DNA of 64,000 nt from an uncultured Christensenellaceae bacterium (GTDB lineage Bacteria > Bacillota > Clostridia > Christensenellales > Borkfalkiaceae): positions 6,377-70,376 of the forward strand of contig CAJUJO010000001.1 of assembly GCA_910586675.1 (NCBI GenBank), in the 5' to 3' direction. The notes beneath the pieces were generated by a model. It ran no database searches. It saw only the letters and a program-made list of their open reading frames with translations, and had not been told where the DNA came from. Position 1 is the stretch's first letter; each line of letters opens with the position of its first letter. A program made the translations under genes and the position numbers. Positions 7,494-15,714 of the stretch are shown here, in pieces.

Positions 7494-9842
7494 TTATGCC
7501 CCCCTGCCCGAAAGCTTCTGCACCGCTTCGATCGTCTGCACAATGGTAAGCTGGTTGAGATTCTGTACTGCGGTTCCGTCCGAAAGCGTGATGGGTACGA
7601 GAAATTTAACAAAGGGATTGGTTTCCAGCGTACGGTGAAAGTAAAGCTCCCACAGGGCGGTGGCGGTAACGCGCGCCGTCGTCGTACCGACGAGGCTGCT
7701 CATATCCAGCACGTTCGTGTCCGTCTTATATTCTATCGATCCGTCCGCTTTCTCTTCGGTGAGGAGCAGGAACCAAACGCCCGTCAGAAAGCGGTCGAGC
7801 CGGACGATTGCGCCGCCCTTTTCGTATTCGTAGCATTCGGTAACGTCCTCTTCGCCGTAAACAGCGGTATATTCGTTTACTCCGTCCTCGGGAACGTAGT
7901 ATTGCAGGCAGGCCTGCCGCTCCGTCTTGATAAAGTATTCGTCTTCGCCGCGGCGGAGATAAACCTTAACGGGGTTGCCGTCTTTGTCCTGCACGGTTCC
8001 CGATTCGGTTACGGTGAAAACGACTTCCGCGCCGTCTGCGCCCGTATAGAAATAGCTGACCGCGACGCGTTCCAAATCGACGCGCGATTTTCCGTTCCGA
8101 TAGTAGAAGCCGAGACCGTCTTCGTAAATGCGGAAGGTCTGCAAGGAAGCGCCGCTTTCCGTTTCGACGGTCATGGTGATCGTGTAAAAGTTTTCTCCCG
8201 TCTCGGGGTCGGTATCCGTGCCGATCGAAGCGCCCGCGGGCAGTTCGTCCAGCCCGTTCGTTTCGTAATTGACGATTTGGAATTTATATTGCGGAACGAC
8301 CGTCTGTTCCGTTTCGGCATAGTAGCGCGGGACTCCCGCCGTCGTTTCCTTGCGAATGGAAATGGTTTCGGGAAGAAGGGTATACGCGCCGCCCTCCTCG
8401 TGCGTAAAAAAGCCTTTGAGGGCGCGCACGTCGGAACCGTTTATTGTGTAGTACGTTTTCACGGCGGAAGGGTCTGCAATCGCCTGCGGGCGTTTGTCCG
8501 TGCCCGCAGCGTTGTACGATTCCTCCGTGTAGTGCGCCGCGTAATCGGCATACATGTCGAGGTAGGTTACGCCGCCGTTGATTTCCATGTAAGAGAAAAT
8601 CTCCGCGCCGAACACCTGTTCCACGGTGAGTGTCTTCAAATCTTCGGAAAGGGTGCCGATGGAGCTGTCTTTCAGGGGTTTTAACAGTTTATTCGATTCG
8701 ATTGCCGTTTCGCCGAGAATATCGCCGAGACGGAGTTTGTCGATTTTTGTATGGAAGTCGCCGAGGGTAACGTTTTTGAGCGATTGCAGAATCATGGGAG
8801 AATCTTCGTCGATTATAAGCAGGTCGCTCAAAAGGAGGGTATCCATTTTGGTTTGGTCGGTCAAATCTTTAATGCGCCATTCGCCGATGGCGTTCATAAG
8901 GGCGGAGGTGTTGTTTTCCATGCCGATGACCTGTTTGAGCTTGAGCCGTTCGATGCGCCCCGACTGCGAAAGCTCTTCGACCGTCCAGTCTTGGATAGCC
9001 TTTAAGAATTCGGGCGAGCTTTCGCCCACTTCCAGAATGTCGGACACGGCGAGCCCGCCGATAAACGAGGTGTCGCTCGTGAGCGTCTCGATTGTCGTCG
9101 CGCCCCTGCCCGTTTCGGTGGGCGTAATCGCCATTGTTTCTGGGTCTACCGTGTAATCTTCGCCTTCCTGTCCGTAGCAGATCGCCTTTATAAGGCTACT
9201 CGAATTGCCGTCCACTTTAAGCGCCTTTCCGAGCTCCGTTTTGAGAAGAACCTCGTTCTGCATGTATGCGCCGAACTCGGAAAAGGGGACGTTCATGAAC
9301 TCGTTTACGTCGATCTGAATGCCCAGCGTTTCCAACTGTTGGGTTACGGAGCCGAGCATGTTTTCCACGACGGGGGTGTATTTTCCGATTTTGCCCAAGC
9401 TGTCCAGTCCGGAAGAGAGGTCGTTGATAAATTCTCCGCCGATTTCCGCGAGCGACTTTTCCGCGTAGTCTTCCTTGATGAGCGAGGCGTAGTTTTCGCC
9501 GAGAATGCTCTTTGCGGAAAACTTGGTGAGCGCGAAATAGCCGCCGCCCACGAGCCCGCCGAGCGCCGCCAAAAGCCCCAGAAAGAAGGCGAGACATACG
9601 GCGATGATATTCCAGAGGAAGCTCCGCCCTTCGCGCTTTTTGCGCGGGGCGATGGCGCCGTTTGCGACGAGCTGCGCTTCCAGCGCGTCCTGCCGCTCGT
9701 ACAGATCTTTCCTGTAAGCCTTGCGTTCCTTTCTTGGCATCTTTTTCAATTCTTTTTCGGTGTACGGGCGGGGCGCGTTTCCGCTTTGCCGTCCGTCGTT
9801 TGCGTACGGAGCTTCGTCGTACCGGTTGTGTTTCTTTTTCAT
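7494..9842 (-). CDS. large membrane-anchored protein of unknown function with internal ~35-aa repeats
   Basis: 782 aa. Basic N-terminus, one TM (about aa 75-105, FLWNIIAVCLAFFLGLLAALGGLVGGGYFAL), then a large Asp/Glu/Thr/Tyr-rich extracytoplasmic region. GAGGAG RBS. No motif I can name. Confidence 0.8.
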   Translation of the reverse strand: MKKKHNRYDEAPYANDGRQSGNAPRPYTEKELKKMPRKERKAYRKDLYERQDALEAQLVANGAIAPRKKREGRSFLWNIIAVCLAFFLGLLAALGGLVGGGYFALTKFSAKSILGENYASLIKEDYAEKSLAEIGGEFINDLSSGLDSLGKIGKYTPVVENMLGSVTQQLETLGIQIDVNEFMNVPFSEFGAYMQNEVLLKTELGKALKVDGNSSSLIKAICYGQEGEDYTVDPETMAITPTETGRGATTIETLTSDTSFIGGLAVSDILEVGESSPEFLKAIQDWTVEELSQSGRIERLKLKQVIGMENNTSALMNAIGEWRIKDLTDQTKMDTLLLSDLLIIDEDSPMILQSLKNVTLGDFHTKIDKLRLGDILGETAIESNKLLKPLKDSSIGTLSEDLKTLTVEQVFGAEIFSYMEINGGVTYLDMYADYAAHYTEESYNAAGTDKRPQAIADPSAVKTYYTINGSDVRALKGFFTHEEGGAYTLLPETISIRKETTAGVPRYYAETEQTVVPQYKFQIVNYETNGLDELPAGASIGTDTDPETGENFYTITMTVETESGASLQTFRIYEDGLGFYYRNGKSRVDLERVAVSYFYTGADGAEVVFTVTESGTVQDKDGNPVKVYLRRGEDEYFIKTERQACLQYYVPEDGVNEYTAVYGEEDVTECYEYEKGGAIVRLDRFLTGVWFLLLTEEKADGSIEYKTDTNVLDMSSLVGTTTARVTATALWELYFHRTLETNPFVKFLVPITLSDGTAVQNLNQLTIVQTIEAVQKLSGRGA

Positions 9843-9854
9843 ATTTCTCCTCGA

Positions 9855-10166
9855 TTACAGGCGCACGGCGATGAATTCGCACGCCCCGCTTAGTTCGTAT
9901 TCTCCAATCGCTTCGGCGAGAAAAATATCTCCCGCTGCAAAAGGCGTCTCTCCGCGCGACCATTTGACGAATCCGCCGCCCGAAAGTATTTTGATATAGT
10001 CTTTCGTTTCGGTAAAGAGTTTATACCTCTTGTCCGAGCAAACTTTCAACGCGCTTCCGCATACGCGCTTCTCCGCGCCCTGTACGCGTACGGGGGCGGA
10101 AAAATCCGCGTCCGCATAGTCGAACGGAACGGCTTGCCTCGCTTCGATTTTCTGTAACATACCCAT
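9855..10166 (-). CDS. stand-alone cupin beta-barrel resembling the C-terminal domain of type I mannose-6-phosphate isomerase
   Basis: 103 aa. The ending ..GGGFVKWSRGETPFAAGDIFLAEAIGEYELSGACEFIAVRL matches my recollection of the C-terminal PMI pattern (G.G.l....t.p...GD.F..pA..g.f.i.G.c.li). No N-terminal catalytic part is present upstream. Confidence 0.5.
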   Translation of the reverse strand: MGMLQKIEARQAVPFDYADADFSAPVRVQGAEKRVCGSALKVCSDKRYKLFTETKDYIKILSGGGFVKWSRGETPFAAGDIFLAEAIGEYELSGACEFIAVRL

Positions 10167-10172
10167 GGATAT

Positions 10173-10201
10173 ATTATATTACGGAATAGCGTAAAATGCA
10201 A
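10173..10201 (-). promoter_or_regulatory. sigma-70-like promoter placed for a leaderless transcript of the cupin gene
   Basis: Minus strand: TTGCAT (10201-10196), 17 nt, TATAAT (10178-10173), then 6 nt (ATATCC), then the ATG at 10166. There is no SD sequence. Confidence 0.5.
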
Positions 10202-10248
10202 GCAAAAACGGATAGGCAAGCCGAATGCAAAAGACGGGGGCGGGGGCG

Positions 10249-11424
10249 TTATTCGTCCGAATCGGGCGGGAACGCCGCGTTTTCTTCGGGCGGAGCGATG
10301 CCGCGGAAGGAGTCTAGTTTTCTGCCGATGCTGTCGGTGCGCTTGGCGGCGCTGTCCACGGTGTCCTGTGCCTCCTGCAATTTCTTGCGCGTCTTATCCA
10401 AGAGCGCCGCAAATTTTACGAAATCGGAACGGAAGGCGTCGAGCATGAGCCGCAGCTCGCCCGAACGCTTTTCGATAGCCGCCGTGCGGAAACCCGTTTG
10501 CAAGGTGGAAAGGAGCGCGCCGAAGTTGGTCGGTCCGCACGGCATGACCCGCCGCGCGTGCAGAAAGTCGGAAAGCCCCGCCATTTTCAGTACCTCGGCG
10601 TACAGCCCTTCTACGGGCAGATACATGACGGCAAAATCGGTCGTCGCGGGCGGCAGGATGTATTTTTTGGAAATGGAATCCGCCTGCGTCTTTACGGCGC
10701 GTTCTAAGTTCTTGCGGGCGCGTTCCTCCGCCTCCTTGTCGCCCCGTTCGCCCGCTTCGCACAGGCGCTGATATTCTTCGACGGGGAATTTGCTGTCTAC
10801 GGGCAGATATACCGTTTCACCGTCCTTGGAGGGGAGGAGGATGGCAAAGTCGCACAGCGTGTTATCAAGCGGGTTGAGCTTGACCGAAGCGCGGTACTGT
10901 TCGGGCGCGAGCATCTGTTCGAGCAGGGTATTCAGCTGCGCTTCGCCCCAGGTCCCGCGCAGTTTTACGTTGGAGAACACGCGCTTGATGTCGGCAACGT
11001 TATCGGAAACGCTCTTCATCGCGCCCACGCTCTCGTACATCTTTTCCAGGCGTTCGGAAATGCGCGCGTAGCTCTCGGATAGCTTTCCGTCGAGCGAGGA
11101 GGTCAGCTTGTCGTCCACCGTGCGGCGGATGCGCTCTAAGTTGTGCGCGTTGGTTTCCACGATGTATTTGATGTCTTCGGAAAGGCGGTTTTGTATGTTG
11201 TTCAAGCGCTGTTCCGTGGCGCGGCTTAAATTTTCCGTCGTGCGGGCGTTGAAGTCGGCAAGGTTTCCGATGGCGTCCGTCTTTTCTTCCAGACGGCGCA
11301 GGCTTTCTTTTACGGACGCGTCGTCGCCGCGCGCGGGTGGGTTCTTTTTCAGCGCGATATATACGAGCATGACGGCGCAAAATGCCGAAAGGACGACGGC
11401 TATCACCAAAAGTGCGGTATTCAT
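10249..11424 (-). CDS. rmuC: DNA recombination protein RmuC
   Basis: 391 aa with an N-terminal TM, a coiled-coil region and an RmuC nuclease-like core (LRGTWGEAQL..LE). Confidence 0.88.
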   Translation of the reverse strand: MNTALLVIAVVLSAFCAVMLVYIALKKNPPARGDDASVKESLRRLEEKTDAIGNLADFNARTTENLSRATEQRLNNIQNRLSEDIKYIVETNAHNLERIRRTVDDKLTSSLDGKLSESYARISERLEKMYESVGAMKSVSDNVADIKRVFSNVKLRGTWGEAQLNTLLEQMLAPEQYRASVKLNPLDNTLCDFAILLPSKDGETVYLPVDSKFPVEEYQRLCEAGERGDKEAEERARKNLERAVKTQADSISKKYILPPATTDFAVMYLPVEGLYAEVLKMAGLSDFLHARRVMPCGPTNFGALLSTLQTGFRTAAIEKRSGELRLMLDAFRSDFVKFAALLDKTRKKLQEAQDTVDSAAKRTDSIGRKLDSFRGIAPPEENAAFPPDSDE

Positions 11425-12779
11425 GTTTCCTCCTCCGTGTAAAGCTTCGCCGCGCGGCGAAGCAGATAGGTTTTATTGTTTCGCGCGCCGTTTTCGGCGC
11501 AGTGAAAGAGCAGTTCCTTCAACGCTTGCCCCGTGCGTTCGGGTTTCACGCCCGCTTTTTGCAGCTCCGCGCCGTTTACGGCGAGCTCGCTTAAACGCAT
11601 CGGCACGCCTTCCCGCTTCATATCCGCGAGGATTGCCCGCCATTTGACGACGGCGGGCGCGGGGGAGAAATCGTCCTTGCAGGCGGTGTAATCCGCCTGT
11701 TTGAGGGTAAGCAACCTTTCAAGAAGGTCGTAATTTTCGATCATTTCGCGGCGGACTTTATTTTTTTTCATTTTGCCGTCCAAATCGCGCATGTGCAGCC
11801 GCACGAGCCGCGCCGTTTCGGAAATCAGTTTAGCGGGCGCTTTCAGGCGGGAAAGAATTTCTCTTGCCATACGTTCGCCCTCTTCGGCGTGCGCGTAAAA
11901 GTTTCCGTCGCGCGCCATGCAGAAGGGCTTGCCGACGTCGTGCAAAAGGGCGGCGAAGCGAATCTCTTCGGGCGCGTAAGCGCAGCAGCGCAGGGAGTGT
12001 TCGAGCACGTCGTGGTCGTGAAAGTCGGGGCGTTGGCGCATTCCGTCGCCCATTGCAAGCTCGGGTAGGATATGCGCGAGCACGCCCGTTTTGTTCAGGA
12101 CGGAGAGCCCGCGGTAGGGCGCTTCCTTCAAATCGTGCTTTTCGTCGGACGAGAGAATGAGTTTCAGCTCGGCAAAGACGCGCTCGGGCGCGATGTCATC
12201 TATGAGCGCGCAGTGTTTTTTCGCGCCGCATAAAGCTTCACCGTCGGGCGTGAAACCGAGCTGCGCCGCGAACCGCGCCAGCCGCATGAGACGGAGCCCG
12301 TCCTCGCCGAACACCTTGTCCGCGGGCGCGACGGTGCGCAGAATTTTCTTTTTTATATCCGCAATTCCGCCGAGCGGGTCGCGCAGCGCACCCTCCGCGA
12401 TATCGTAATAGACGGCGTTTGCCGTAAAATCCCGCCTTTTCGCGTCCGTTTCCATGTCGTCCGTAAATATGATTTCCGCGGGGGTATGAACGCCGCGCAC
12501 GTATTTGTCCGAACGGAATCGGGTAAATTCATAGCCGCGTCCTTCTTTGTCGGTCAATTTAACCGTACCCGTGTTCTTGTAAACCGAACGCGCGGAAAAA
12601 CCGCACCGCTTCGCTGCGGCGAGAATTTTTTCTTCGGGGAGCGGAGAGCAAATATCCCAGTCGGCGTTTTCGGGCAGGGGATAGCCGCACAAAAAGTCGC
12701 GCACGCTCCCGCCCACGAGGTAAAGGGGGCGGCACAGCTCCGCCAGCTTGATTAAATTATCGGGAAGAATCGCACGCAT
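11421..12779 (-). CDS. cca: CCA-adding tRNA nucleotidyltransferase / poly(A) polymerase family with HD domain
   Basis: LVGGSVRD and the RRDFT motif, plus a C-terminal HD domain (LLHDVGK). I prefer the ATG at 12779 (GAGG upstream) over the TTG at 12818. The stop overlaps the rmuC ATG (ATGA). Confidence 0.85.
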   Translation of the reverse strand: MRAILPDNLIKLAELCRPLYLVGGSVRDFLCGYPLPENADWDICSPLPEEKILAAAKRCGFSARSVYKNTGTVKLTDKEGRGYEFTRFRSDKYVRGVHTPAEIIFTDDMETDAKRRDFTANAVYYDIAEGALRDPLGGIADIKKKILRTVAPADKVFGEDGLRLMRLARFAAQLGFTPDGEALCGAKKHCALIDDIAPERVFAELKLILSSDEKHDLKEAPYRGLSVLNKTGVLAHILPELAMGDGMRQRPDFHDHDVLEHSLRCCAYAPEEIRFAALLHDVGKPFCMARDGNFYAHAEEGERMAREILSRLKAPAKLISETARLVRLHMRDLDGKMKKNKVRREMIENYDLLERLLTLKQADYTACKDDFSPAPAVVKWRAILADMKREGVPMRLSELAVNGAELQKAGVKPERTGQALKELLFHCAENGARNNKTYLLRRAAKLYTEEET

Positions 12780-12831
12780 GGGCGCCTCGATGAAAAATTT
12801 ATAAAAACAGTATACCAAATTATAAAAAAAA

Positions 12832-12860
12832 TTGCAATTCTCCGTGAAATATTATATAAT
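12832..12860 (+). promoter_or_regulatory. sigma-70-like promoter for the PP2C phosphatase gene
   Basis: TTGCAA (12832-12837), 17 nt, TATAAT (12855-12860). Confidence 0.55.
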
Positions 12861-12892
12861 AGCCCAAGAAGGTTTTTTCAGAGGTCGAAAGG

Positions 12893-13951
12893 GTGAATTT
12901 ATACAGAAGCGTGCTCAACAATATTCCCACGGCGGCAATCGTCGTGGATAAAAATTTACGGGTGCGCTACGCGAACAAGGCGTTTCTCGATTATTTCCCT
13001 TCGATGAGAAGCAAGGGGACGCTCAAAGACGTTACCGGCTGCGGCGAGCAGACGGGCGTCTGCGGCGACGGAATTCGCTGCGTATATTGCCCCTTGCGCA
13101 ATTTGTTCCTCGACGCGGCGGCGCACGGGGGCCTCGCCTTCCGCAAGCTCATCATGAAGAGCGGCGACGGAACCAACCTCGCCTTCCGCATCAAAGTAAA
13201 GCCCTTGGGAAAGCTCTTTCTCGGCATCGTGGACAACGCGTACGAAATGGAGATCGCGCGGGAGATGCACTCCGCGCAGGATATTCAGCAGCGCTTATTG
13301 CCGCCCGCTTCGGGCGGCGGGCGCGTGCCCTACTCCTTTATGTACATTCCCTGCCGCGAAATCGGCGGGGATCTTCCCGACGTATACGAGGTCAACGGCG
13401 AGACGATGGGCTTGATCGCCGACGTTTCGGGCCACGGCATTTCCGCGGGAATGCTCTCCGCGTTCGTCAAAGCGGGGTGGGACAGGGGGGAGCCATCACC
13501 CTCGCTCGCCTTAAAAAAACTGAACGCAAAGTTTCAGGAGCTCAATCTAGACGAGCGTTCGTACGTTACCGCCGTCGCCGTGCGCATTGACGCGGAGCGG
13601 CGGGAAATCTGTTATTCGGTCGCGGGGCACAACGCGCCAATACTGCTCAAAAGCGGGCACGGGATCGACGAGATCGTGATGAACTCCCCGCCCATTTCCA
13701 CCTGGATTCCCGAATTCGGGTACGAGGACAGGCATATCGGATTCCGTTCGGGCGATATTTTGGCGCTCGTTACCGACGGCGTAACCGAAAGCAAGAACGA
13801 AAAGGGGGAGATGTTCTCGATCGAGCGAGTGGAAGGAATTTTGCAGCGTTCGGAAAACGCCGAGCAATTTATCGAGCGCTTGAAATCGGCAATCACCGAA
13901 TTTTGCGGAAAGTTCGAGGACGACGTTACCGCGATCGCATTCGATTTGTAA
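12893..13951 (+). CDS. SpoIIE/PP2C-family serine phosphatase with an N-terminal PAS-like, four-Cys sensor region
   Basis: 352 aa with a GTG start. The C-terminal part carries GGDLPDVYEV...GLIADVSGHGISAGM (PP2C/SpoIIE). The N-terminal part has C50-x6-C57-x5-C63-x2-C66. Confidence 0.85.
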   Translation: MNLYRSVLNNIPTAAIVVDKNLRVRYANKAFLDYFPSMRSKGTLKDVTGCGEQTGVCGDGIRCVYCPLRNLFLDAAAHGGLAFRKLIMKSGDGTNLAFRIKVKPLGKLFLGIVDNAYEMEIAREMHSAQDIQQRLLPPASGGGRVPYSFMYIPCREIGGDLPDVYEVNGETMGLIADVSGHGISAGMLSAFVKAGWDRGEPSPSLALKKLNAKFQELNLDERSYVTAVAVRIDAERREICYSVAGHNAPILLKSGHGIDEIVMNSPPISTWIPEFGYEDRHIGFRSGDILALVTDGVTESKNEKGEMFSIERVEGILQRSENAEQFIERLKSAITEFCGKFEDDVTAIAFDL

Positions 13952-13965
13952 TTCATTGATAAAAT

Positions 13966-14007
13966 AAAAAGAACCGCTTGGGAAAGCGGTTCTTTTTGGT
14001 TTTTTTG
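13966..14007. terminator. bidirectional rho-independent terminator
   Basis: AAAAAGAACCGCTT-GGGA-AAGCGGTTCTTTTT flanked by A and T runs, between convergent genes. Confidence 0.7.
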
Positions 14008-14009
14008 AC

Positions 14010-14246
14010 TTACATAAAGAGAGGTCTCATGTTGAACAGCGTAAAGATAATGTCGAGAATCCAACCGATACCGAGACCGTAGAAAATCCAAAGAATACCG
14101 AGGATTACTTTCAATACGTTTCCTTCGATAACGCCGTCGACGAGACGAATGATACCGAGCACGCAGTCGAGGAATATTGCCAGAAGAACGCGCAGGATCC
14201 AAGGCAAAGATTGGAAAGAATTGCCTAAACTACCTCTTTTAGCCAT
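14010..14246 (-). CDS. small two-TM membrane protein (Pmp3/YqaE-like topology, uncertain)
   Basis: 78 aa from MAKRGSLG.. (AGGAG 8 nt upstream) with two hydrophobic helices. G+C is visibly lower than in the neighbouring genes. Confidence 0.55.
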   Translation of the reverse strand: MAKRGSLGNSFQSLPWILRVLLAIFLDCVLGIIRLVDGVIEGNVLKVILGILWIFYGLGIGWILDIIFTLFNMRPLFM

Positions 14247-14281
14247 AACTTTTACATCTCCTTTCATAATTTTATAGTTTC

Positions 14282-14310
14282 ATTTTACACGCACGGATAG
14301 CGATTGTCAA
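14282..14310 (-). promoter_or_regulatory. consensus-like sigma-70 promoter for the small membrane protein gene
   Basis: Minus strand: TTGACA (14310-14305), 17 nt, TAAAAT (14287-14282). Confidence 0.6.
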
Positions 14311-14366
14311 GTGAAAAAGAAAAATAACGCAAATTTGTTTTTTGTTTCACGCCGTTTACAATCGCG

Positions 14367-14900
14367 TTACAAGGTTTCCTTTCGGAAAACGTTTCCCGTT
14401 TCTAAATCTTTCCACAGCAATTGATTTCCCTCCGCGGCGAGATAGGAATGCGGAGAATTTTCCTTCGGAATGGAAACGGAGCCGCAGTTCACGTAAAGGC
14501 AATCTTCTCTCTGTTCAAACGCGGGCACGTGAAAATGCCCGTTAATGAGAATTGTTTCCTTTGTAAGACGGGCGGGCATCTTGTGCCCGTGCGTTGCGAC
14601 GGCGGTGCGCCCGCCGAGGGAGAGAAGGCAGAAGTCGGCTTCGATGGGGAATTCCAGAACCATGCCGTCTACGTCGCTGTCGCAGTTTCCGCGCACGCAT
14701 AAAACGCGGTCTTTCAAACCGTTCAGAATCGCCGCGCACTCCAAAGTATTATATTCCGCCGGAAGGGGGTTTCGTGCGCCGTGATAGAGTAAATCGCCCA
14801 AAAGTAGCAGTTTTTCCGCCTTTTCTTCTAAAAAACGTTCTTTTAAGCGGCGGCACCAGTATGCCGAGCCGTGAATATCAGAAGCGATAACGAGTTTCAT
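14367..14900 (-). CDS. yfcE: YfcE/MJ0936-family metallophosphoesterase
   Basis: 177 aa with DIHGS, GDLLYHG, RGNCDS and GHxH motifs. Confidence 0.85.
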   Translation of the reverse strand: MKLVIASDIHGSAYWCRRLKERFLEEKAEKLLLLGDLLYHGARNPLPAEYNTLECAAILNGLKDRVLCVRGNCDSDVDGMVLEFPIEADFCLLSLGGRTAVATHGHKMPARLTKETILINGHFHVPAFEQREDCLYVNCGSVSIPKENSPHSYLAAEGNQLLWKDLETGNVFRKETL

Positions 14901-15699
14901 GATTCGATTCCTCTTGCAGCAGTTGTTTTATTTTTTTGATTACGCCGCCTTCGCTGTTCGGCGGCACGGTGCGGCGTATGATCTTTTTGAGGGGCGGATA
15001 TGCGTTTTCGGGCACGTATGCCTTCCCGCATTCCAGCAACATTTCGTAATCGTTCATGTGATCGCCGAACGCCATGCACTCTTCCCGTTTGAACCCGAAA
15101 TGCTTCCGAATCAATTTTACCGCTTCGCCCTTGCCGGCGGATGGTGCGGAAACGTCGCACCAGTCTTTGCCCGAAAGAATGGTTCTGAGGCGCGGAAGGC
15201 GTGGCGGCAGGATTTTGATACAGCGGTCGGCGGCGGAAAGTTCGTCGTAAACGGCGATTTTGCATATCTCCTCCTTTCCGATCGCCTCGTCTAAATCGGA
15301 TATCTTCATGCAGTTGGTATAAGACAGCATGGCGTATTGGAAAAAAGGCATTTCGTTGTTTTCTATGTAAGCGAAGTCCGTTCCGCACAGCATGGGAAAC
15401 AGATGCGGGATAGCGCGGATCTCGTCCAACGCGTCTTTTAAGTACGTCTCCTTGATCGGATCGAGGAGCAGCGTTTCCTCTCTGTATTTGACGAGCGCGC
15501 CGTTTTCGCAGATAAAAACCACCTTATCTGCGACGGGGGCGAACAGCTTACGTAAGTTCGCATACTGCCTTCCGCTCGCGGGAGCGAAAAGGATATTCCG
15601 TTTTGCCAGCTCTTCGATGACGGAAAAAATCTCTTCGGGAAGTTTTTTGTCTTCGTCGAGGAGGGTGCCGTCAAGGTCGGTCGCGATGAATTTTATCAT
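14878..15699 (-). CDS. Cof-type HAD-IIB phosphatase
   Basis: 273 aa with the DLDGTLL motif I and the GDxxND motif (GDHMNDYEM). Confidence 0.85.
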   Translation of the reverse strand: MIKFIATDLDGTLLDEDKKLPEEIFSVIEELAKRNILFAPASGRQYANLRKLFAPVADKVVFICENGALVKYREETLLLDPIKETYLKDALDEIRAIPHLFPMLCGTDFAYIENNEMPFFQYAMLSYTNCMKISDLDEAIGKEEICKIAVYDELSAADRCIKILPPRLPRLRTILSGKDWCDVSAPSAGKGEAVKLIRKHFGFKREECMAFGDHMNDYEMLLECGKAYVPENAYPPLKKIIRRTVPPNSEGGVIKKIKQLLQEESNHETRYRF

Positions 15700-15714
15700 G
15701 TAGAGTCCTATCGT

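Noticed and set aside
7215-8684. 489-aa plus-strand ORF overlapping rpsF and the 782-aa gene.
   Set aside because: It is antisense to two well-supported minus-strand genes and crosses their intergenic promoter. The sequence is Arg/Phe/Val-rich and low in complexity.
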